This document shows positions 58,777-64,000 of a stretch of DNA of 64,000 nt, one piece after another (the stretch's first letter is position 1; each line of letters opens with the position of its first letter). The notes below the pieces were generated by a model. That model had not been told where the DNA came from, searched no databases, and was given only the letters and a program-made list of their open reading frames with translations. Location of the stretch: contig CAZEEV010000001.1 of the NCBI GenBank assembly GCA_964511345.1, positions 220,342 to 284,341 of the forward strand, in the 5' to 3' direction. The translations under genes were made by a program, and so were the position numbers. Source of the DNA: an uncultured Pseudomonadales bacterium (GTDB lineage Bacteria; Patescibacteriota; Microgenomatia; UBA1400; PJMF01).

Positions 58777-58845
58777 ACTCTCATTCTAGCATTAGAATCT
58801 GCCACTACCCAAATCATCAGCTCTCGCTTAGAATAAAATCCCGTA

Positions 58846-60564
58846 ATGATAGACATACGCGGGTTCCTCAAACAAACCAATAGTAAACATTCCACTAAGT
58901 ACGTTTTTGTCTCTGGTGGTGTCCTTTCAGGTTTGGGTAAAGGGGTGACTGCCGCTTCTTTGGGGGTTCTACTTAAAGAACAAGGTTACGATGTCACTAA
59001 TATTAAATGTGAAAATTATCTCAATTTAGATTCTGGCAATATTAATCCTATTGAACATGGAGATGTTTTTCTTTGTGAAGATGGTTTGGAAGCAGATTTG
59101 GATCTAGGCTCTTATGAAAGATTTTTAGGTAGAGAAGTCGGATATAAAAATTTCACTACCATGGGTCAAATTTACAGTACTGTTATTGAGCGCACTAAAA
59201 ACCTGGAATACAACGGAGCAACAGTTGACGCCATTCCCTATGTGCCAGAAGAAGTTATCCGTCGAATTCAAGAGGCATCCGTGGGTCACGATATTGTGTT
59301 AATTGAATTAGGTGGAACAGCTGGTGAATATCAAAATATTATTTACTACGAAGCTTACCGTATCATGAAGATGACTTTACCCAAGGATGTCATCCTTCTG
59401 CATGTTACCTATTTCCCAGCTCCTTCTCACATCAATGAATTGAAATCTAAACCCACTCAACTTTCAGTCAAATCCCTGAATTCTATGGGTATTCAACCAG
59501 ACTTTATTGTAGGTAGAGGAGAATTGGAGATTGATGAAAAACGCAAAGAAAAAGTGGCTTATTTTTGCACCATGAATCAGGAAGACATCATTTCTAACCC
59601 AGATTGTAAATCAATTTATGAAATCCCATTAGTTTTCAACAAACAACAATTTAGTCAAAAAGTACTTAAAAAGCTGGGTTTAAAATCTAGAAAAATTGCT
59701 TTGACCGATTGGCAAGCAATGGTACAAAACATCTATGCTGAGAAAGATAAAAAGGTCAAAATCGGCATTATAGCTAAGTATATAGCTACTGGTGATTATG
59801 AATTAAAAGACTCTTATACATCTCTTCTAGAATCCATTAACCATTCTGCCTGGCATGAGAAAATTGATGTAGAAATAGTTTTCATCAATGCTGAAAGTTT
59901 AGAAAAAAAAGATAAAAAAACTTTGTCTGACTTACAAAAAGTGGACGGCATCATTGTGCCAATCGGTTGGGGCAGTCGTGGCGTAGAAGGCAAAATAGAG
60001 GCTATTCGCTATGCCAGAGAAAATAAAATACCTTATTTGGGCTTATGTTATGGCATGCAATTAGCCTCAGTGGAATTTGCCCGTCATATGGCTGATTTAA
60101 GTGATGCAAACACGCAGGAAGTGGATCCAAATACCAAAAACCCAATCATTCACGCCATTCCTTTTGAAGACAAATATCAAAAAATCAAAGGCAACGGCGC
60201 CAGTATGAGACTCGGAGCTTATGATTGTATTCTCAAACCCAATACCTTGGCTCACGAAATTTATAAAAAGCACAATGCTTTTAAAGATTCAAGAAAAAAT
60301 CTTATCTCTGAACGTCATCGTCATCGCTATGAGTTTAATAATGATTACCGCCAAATCTTAGAAGAAAAGGGCTTTGTCATCTCTGGAACCAGCCCGGATA
60401 ATTTCTTTGTAGAAATGATTGAGCTACCCAAAGAAACCCACCCCTTCTTCTTAGCCACTCAAGCTCATCCAGAATACAAATCTGCACCCCTTAAACCACA
60501 CCCTATTTTTATTGAATACTTACGCACTATTTGGGAAGAAAAAAACAAGAAAAGCCAAAGTTAA
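58846..60564 (+). CDS. pyrG: CTP synthase
   Basis: 572 aa. KYVFVSGGVLSGLGKG and the glutamine amidotransferase triad region (GLCYGMQ). Confidence 0.9.
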   Translation: MIDIRGFLKQTNSKHSTKYVFVSGGVLSGLGKGVTAASLGVLLKEQGYDVTNIKCENYLNLDSGNINPIEHGDVFLCEDGLEADLDLGSYERFLGREVGYKNFTTMGQIYSTVIERTKNLEYNGATVDAIPYVPEEVIRRIQEASVGHDIVLIELGGTAGEYQNIIYYEAYRIMKMTLPKDVILLHVTYFPAPSHINELKSKPTQLSVKSLNSMGIQPDFIVGRGELEIDEKRKEKVAYFCTMNQEDIISNPDCKSIYEIPLVFNKQQFSQKVLKKLGLKSRKIALTDWQAMVQNIYAEKDKKVKIGIIAKYIATGDYELKDSYTSLLESINHSAWHEKIDVEIVFINAESLEKKDKKTLSDLQKVDGIIVPIGWGSRGVEGKIEAIRYARENKIPYLGLCYGMQLASVEFARHMADLSDANTQEVDPNTKNPIIHAIPFEDKYQKIKGNGASMRLGAYDCILKPNTLAHEIYKKHNAFKDSRKNLISERHRHRYEFNNDYRQILEEKGFVISGTSPDNFFVEMIELPKETHPFFLATQAHPEYKSAPLKPHPIFIEYLRTIWEEKNKKSQS

Positions 60565-60625
60565 TATTCTCTCTTATAAACCCATTGTACTTTTATGACT
60601 TCCTTTGGTACAATACTCGCTTGTT

Positions 60626-60979
60626 ATGGCACAGAATTTTACTTACAACGATCAAGAAGTTAATGTTGGTGACACCGTTCGTGTCCACCAAGAAATTAGT
60701 GAAGGCAAGAAAACCAGAGTTCAGGTTTTTGAGGGCTTAGTTATTGCTGTCAAAAATCGTGAAGTCAACAAAACTTTTACCGTTCGCAAAATTGCTACTG
60801 GTGGCATTGGAGTAGAGAAAATCTTTCCTCTAATGATCCCTAGTATCAAAAAAATTGAAGTTAAACGTCGTGGCGAAGTCAAGAGAAGTAAACTATACTA
60901 CTTACGTGCCAAAGTCGGTAAAGCAGCTAGTAGAGTTAAAGAAAAAAGTCTTTTCACCGAGACAAAAAAAGTTCCCTAA
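60626..60979 (+). CDS. rplS: 50S ribosomal protein L19 (bL19)
   Basis: Start taken at MAQNF... (the ORF track begins 7 codons earlier). ...[19 protein letters not shown]...[16 protein letters not shown] is conserved bL19. Confidence 0.9.
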   Translation: MAQNFTYNDQEVNVGDTVRVHQEISEGKKTRVQVFEGLVIAVKNREVNKTFTVRKIATGGIGVEKIFPLMIPSIKKIEVKRRGEVKRSKLYYLRAKVGKAASRVKEKSLFTETKKVP

Positions 60980-61331
60980 TTTTTCCAAAGGAATACAAGC
61001 AGAAAAAATCGCCTTAACCTTTCTTCTTAATAAAGGTTATTCACTCTTGGAAAAAAATATTAGAACAGCCAACTCGGAAGTAGATTTAGTCATGCTTGAT
61101 GAAGAATTTGACGAGATTGTCTTTGTTGAAGTCAAATATAGGGAAACACGTAGCTACGGAGATGGCAGTCAAGCTGTTGATCAAAGAAAGCTCAACAGCA
61201 TAATTAAAGTCGCCAATAGCTATTTAAGAAAAAAGCAGTTTAAAAAAAGCTATAGATTTGATATCATATCAGTCTCTGGAAATTTAGAACGACCAGAAAT
61301 ACGGCACTTTGAGAATATTACTTGGCTTTAG
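60855..61331 (+). CDS. yraN: YraN-family (UPF0102) predicted endonuclease; start uncertain
   Basis: ...[49 protein letters not shown]... matches YraN. The only in-frame ATG overlaps rplS by 125 nt, so the true start may be a non-canonical codon near 60980. Confidence 0.5.
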   Translation: MKLNVVAKSREVNYTTYVPKSVKQLVELKKKVFSPRQKKFPNFSKGIQAEKIALTFLLNKGYSLLEKNIRTANSEVDLVMLDEEFDEIVFVEVKYRETRSYGDGSQAVDQRKLNSIIKVANSYLRKKQFKKSYRFDIISVSGNLERPEIRHFENITWL

Positions 61332-61345
61332 GCCTTTGATAAAAA

Positions 61346-61417
61346 GGCCCCATCGTCTAGTGGTTAGGACATCGGGTTTTCATCCCGGTAACTGGGGTCC
61401 GATTCCCCATGGGGTCA
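61346..61417 (+). tRNA. tRNA-Glu (anticodon UUC)
   Basis: Acceptor GGCCCCA/TGGGGTC, anticodon loop UUUUCAU, T arm TGGGG-TCCGATT-CCCCA, discriminator A. Confidence 0.85.
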
Positions 61418-61423
61418 CAGCGT

Positions 61424-61456
61424 AAAAAAGAGTGGATTTGTCCACTCTTTTTTTTG
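61424..61456 (+). terminator. Intrinsic terminator after tRNA-Glu
   Basis: aaaaaaGAGTGGAtttgTCCACTCtttttttt. Confidence 0.7.
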
Positions 61457-61627
61457 CTTTGAACTCGTAATAGGATCAGCCTTTTTAGGTCCAGACAATT
61501 GAGCTAATAACGCACACGAGCTTAAGCGAGGAGCATTATGTTCAATTATATGAGGAAGCGCGGTGAGAACAAGCAAAATAACTGTAGTGATTAGCGGAAG
61601 TTGTGCTTGTGGAGCGAGCAAGCTCGT

Positions 61628-61649
61628 ATTCCCCATGGGGAGGGTCACA
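61628..61649 (+). repeat. Partial copy of the tRNA-Glu T-arm/3' end within the 5' UTR of the downstream small gene
   Basis: AUUCCCCAUGGGG-AGG-GUCACA, against authentic GAUUCCCCAUGGGGUCACA. It is preceded by the GAGCAAGCUCG hairpin. Confidence 0.5.
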
Positions 61650-61668
61650 AAAAGATAAAAAAAACTAT

Positions 61669-61944
61669 ATGGAAAAAGAACAATTTGTAATTTCTGACAT
61701 AGAAAAAATTTTATCTATGAGAGAGTTGAAGTTATACAAAAAACTCAAAGACTTTGGAGCTTGTAGCTTAGAGGAAATAATATTGGATTTCAATATGCCA
61801 CATCAAGAGGCTGCAGAAGCTATGATTAGTAGATTGAGAACAAAACTTAATAGATTGGGGAGAGAGCAACTCAAAGGCATTAAAATTGGAAAAGACAAAT
61901 TTCTCAGTTACTACATAGCAGCAAAAGACGAACCGCTGATCTAA
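61669..61944 (+). CDS. Small standalone winged-helix protein (OmpR/PhoB-type trans_reg_C-like), 91 aa
   Basis: Starts at MEKEQF.... ...HQEAAEAMISRLRTKLNRLG... resembles the OmpR-family recognition helix/wing (RRLRKKL). Confidence 0.35.
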   Translation: MEKEQFVISDIEKILSMRELKLYKKLKDFGACSLEEIILDFNMPHQEAAEAMISRLRTKLNRLGREQLKGIKIGKDKFLSYYIAAKDEPLI

Positions 61945-61947
61945 TTT

Positions 61948-62772
61948 CTATTCTTCATTCTGATTTTTTTCTTTTGGCAAATTAGGAATAATGTGCACGT
62001 TTCTATTAGAATTCATTGCCATTGCAAGTTGCATATTTGACAATCTAACTACTTCGGTGAACTCGATATTTTTGATAACTTCATCAGGCTCATCGTTTTC
62101 CTTAATACCAGGTCTCGTTAAAACAGCCAAACCAGTGTTCACGTCAATCCCAACAAAACTATAAGCATATTCATCACCTTCAACAATTACTATATCGTCT
62201 TCTTTCAGTTGAGTTTCTGTTTTTAGCTGATCTTCAACCTGAGATGCTTTGGCTGATTGCCAAGCCGCCCCCATGTCCACTTTTAACTCATCGTCATCGT
62301 CTTCTGCACTTTCTTGTCCTTCGTCTCGAATAATCGATACCATTGTTGCAAGCCAAGCAGTTAACGCCTTAGAAAATTCCAGTGTACTTTCCCAATCTCC
62401 TTTGGCATCTAAAAGATATCCAAAATGTAAAACTGTAAAAGCATCTAAAATTACAAATTCACCGTTAGCATTCCTACATTCTAAATTAATTCTGCCGAGA
62501 ATTAGATTGGCGCGCTTACTATTATCAAAAACTTTATTTACCTCATAAATCTGTCGTGTCTTAGGATGAAAAATCACATCGCCAACATCAAAAAGCACAT
62601 CATTGGTCGTTTGTAAATCTTGAGCCAACTTAATCACTTCTTCAGTAAGACCATCAAGACTTTCACTTAATTTTTGTAAATCTCTACCTAGAGGCCTAAT
62701 TTTTACTCTAGGATATTCTAATTGGTCGAAAAAATGTCTTGGATCATTGGGGTCTCGTGATTGCTCTACCAT
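61948..62772 (-). CDS. Hypothetical acidic protein (274 aa)
   Basis: ORF with coding-like composition and no recognisable motif. Confidence 0.3.
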   Translation of the reverse strand: MVEQSRDPNDPRHFFDQLEYPRVKIRPLGRDLQKLSESLDGLTEEVIKLAQDLQTTNDVLFDVGDVIFHPKTRQIYEVNKVFDNSKRANLILGRINLECRNANGEFVILDAFTVLHFGYLLDAKGDWESTLEFSKALTAWLATMVSIIRDEGQESAEDDDDELKVDMGAAWQSAKASQVEDQLKTETQLKEDDIVIVEGDEYAYSFVGIDVNTGLAVLTRPGIKENDEPDEVIKNIEFTEVVRLSNMQLAMAMNSNRNVHIIPNLPKEKNQNEE

Positions 62773-62834
62773 AAGAGGTCTGATTATAAAACCTTATAAT
62801 CAAAAAAGGAATATTATGATGTACTACAATTAGC

Positions 62835-63425
62835 ATGGATTGCACACCATGTGGTAACATACAAACTATGAACTTTGATCAATATCAACACGTTATTTTT
62901 GACTTTGATGAAACTCTAGCCACCATCATTATGGATTGGTCACCTTGGTATAAGGGGGTGGCTGAGATTGTCAGAAAATATCAACCAAGTTTTGATGATG
63001 TGAACAATCTTAGCATGCAATCTGTTTCTGAGTTTATTAATCAGTATGGTCAATCTTTTCGCGATGAATACGTAAATTTTGAGATAAACCTCGAAAAGAA
63101 AAATTATCAAAGTTACAAAATCATTCAAAAAACCTTAGACTTATTTCAAAAATTTCACAAACAAAACAAAAATTTGTATCTACTTACTTCTAATTCTAAG
63201 ATAACAGTTTTGCCAATTTTGGAAGAATTAAAAATAACAAATCACTTTACGAAAATAGTTACTCTCGACGATGTAAGAAACTTCAAACCAAGTCCCATCC
63301 CTTTTGAGTTAATTTATGTCGAGGGTAACGATAAAAAACAATATCTGATGGTTGGTGATAGCGTCTCTGATAAAGGATTTGCACAAAATGTTGGCATTGA
63401 TTATTTAAATGTTCGCGATTTCTAA
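62835..63425 (+). CDS. HAD-superfamily hydrolase
   Basis: 196 aa. Motif I VIFDFDETLA (DxDxT) and a C-terminal GDSVSD (motif IV). Confidence 0.65.
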   Translation: MDCTPCGNIQTMNFDQYQHVIFDFDETLATIIMDWSPWYKGVAEIVRKYQPSFDDVNNLSMQSVSEFINQYGQSFRDEYVNFEINLEKKNYQSYKIIQKTLDLFQKFHKQNKNLYLLTSNSKITVLPILEELKITNHFTKIVTLDDVRNFKPSPIPFELIYVEGNDKKQYLMVGDSVSDKGFAQNVGIDYLNVRDF

Positions 63426-64000
63426 ATCATCTCATTGCCAAAAATCACAGCCGAACAATCCTCATAAATACCCACTCCCACGTGACTCCACTTACCTAAT
63501 TGATTGCCATCATGAGCTGGATCTGCCGCATACATCCATTCTATTAGGTGAGTGCCAGTAAATTTCATGTGGGTACTCATATTCTCCCCAAGTTGATAAA
63601 AACCCAAGGTTTTGTATCCCTCTTGGTTTTCCACATAATCACTAAAGCCAGCATGACCGTCAGAACCATTTTGACAAACATAAGTAGCTCGCTCCAAGGC
63701 ATATTTAGCCAAACGCTTATCCCAAGTTAAATTTGATTTACCTTTGGTATAACGATAAAGATTGAGAGCCTGAAAAGTTTCTTCTGCCGTGCCCATTACA
63801 CTATCAAAACCTACTTTCATGCGATAACCAGTTTCACTGACTTGCACTGCTTCTCCCCAAGCAGCATCTTTTAAGTCTGGGTCATTAGCATAAGGATCCA
63901 CTGGTGTCGGAGTTTTACTTGGCGTGGGTGTCAAAGCAGCAGATGGAGTAGATGCAAATGTCAAATCTTCTTCATTGGCAAAACTAATCAGCGGGGCTTC
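63422..64000 (-). CDS. CAP/SCP-domain (YkwD-like) secreted protein; N-terminal part beyond the window end
   Basis: A Thr/Pro-rich linker followed by a CAP-like core (...LTWDKRLAKYALERA...GHAGF...GENM...WMYAADPAHDGNQL...HVGVG...). The reading frame stays open to position 64000, so it is 5' partial. Confidence 0.5.
   Translation of the reverse strand, partial: EAPLISFANEEDLTFASTPSAALTPTPSKTPTPVDPYANDPDLKDAAWGEAVQVSETGYRMKVGFDSVMGTAEETFQALNLYRYTKGKSNLTWDKRLAKYALERATYVCQNGSDGHAGFSDYVENQEGYKTLGFYQLGENMSTHMKFTGTHLIEWMYAADPAHDGNQLGKWSHVGVGIYEDCSAVIFGNEMI

Noticed and set aside
61415-61648. 77-aa minus-strand ORF
   Set aside because: It overlaps the tRNA-Glu 3' end, its terminator and the repeat unit, with no coding signal.
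1-64000. CRISPR arrays, rRNA operons, IS elements and prophage genes
   Set aside because: No regularly spaced direct repeats, no rRNA-like sequence, and no transposase, integrase or phage structural ORF were found on reading the sequence.

Overview
The window is a 64 kb, low-GC (about 35-40%), gene-dense stretch of bacterial chromosome made up mostly of housekeeping genes. The combination of class I LysRS, eukaryote-like type-2 IleRS, a split transketolase, a bifunctional PGI/PMI and short proteins suggests a CPR/Patescibacteria-like reduced genome; this lineage call is inference, with low confidence. Gene content, in order: a partial THUMP RNA methyltransferase, rplU, a SEDS protein and ileS, with a T-box leader, promoter and terminator that I can trace in the sequence. 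A rearranged division/cell-wall cluster follows on the minus strand (ftsZ-ftsA-ftsQ-like-murG-ftsW-mraY-murA-murB), then truB, lepB, an envelope polysaccharide flippase and O-antigen-ligase-like pair, alr, and tRNA-Thr and tRNA-Gly(CCC). Next come an EamA transporter, tRNA-Asp, lemA-htpX, gatCAB, dnaE, split tkt, a YibE/F protein, fpg, an a/b hydrolase, secA, serS, an HD protein, class-I lysK, greA and a long membrane protein with a LytR_C-like tail. After tRNA-Lys come efp-epmA, a Na/Ca exchanger, two tandem paralogous small membrane proteins, a GNAT-like protein, tRNA-Gly(TCC), a secreted GH-A glycosidase, a lysozyme-like protein, tRNA-Leu, a YgjP-like peptidase, holA-like, PGM/PMM, PGI/PMI, eno, lexA, a PduO-type adenosyltransferase, pyrG, rplS, yraN, tRNA-Glu, a small wHTH protein, a HAD hydrolase and a partial CAP/YkwD-like protein. 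No CRISPR array, rRNA or obvious intact mobile element is present. The most unusual signal sits downstream of five of the seven tRNA genes: each is followed within about 200 nt by a degenerate partial copy of its own T-arm/acceptor 3' segment, interrupted at or just after the T-loop by a GC-rich insert that belongs to a dispersed repeat family with shared motifs (CTAGT/CTAGC, CGAAGAG, CCCGCAGGG, ACGAAGCGC). Other notable items are a perfect 27-bp inverted repeat pair 116 bp apart in the lysK 5' leader and a well-formed ileS T-box.
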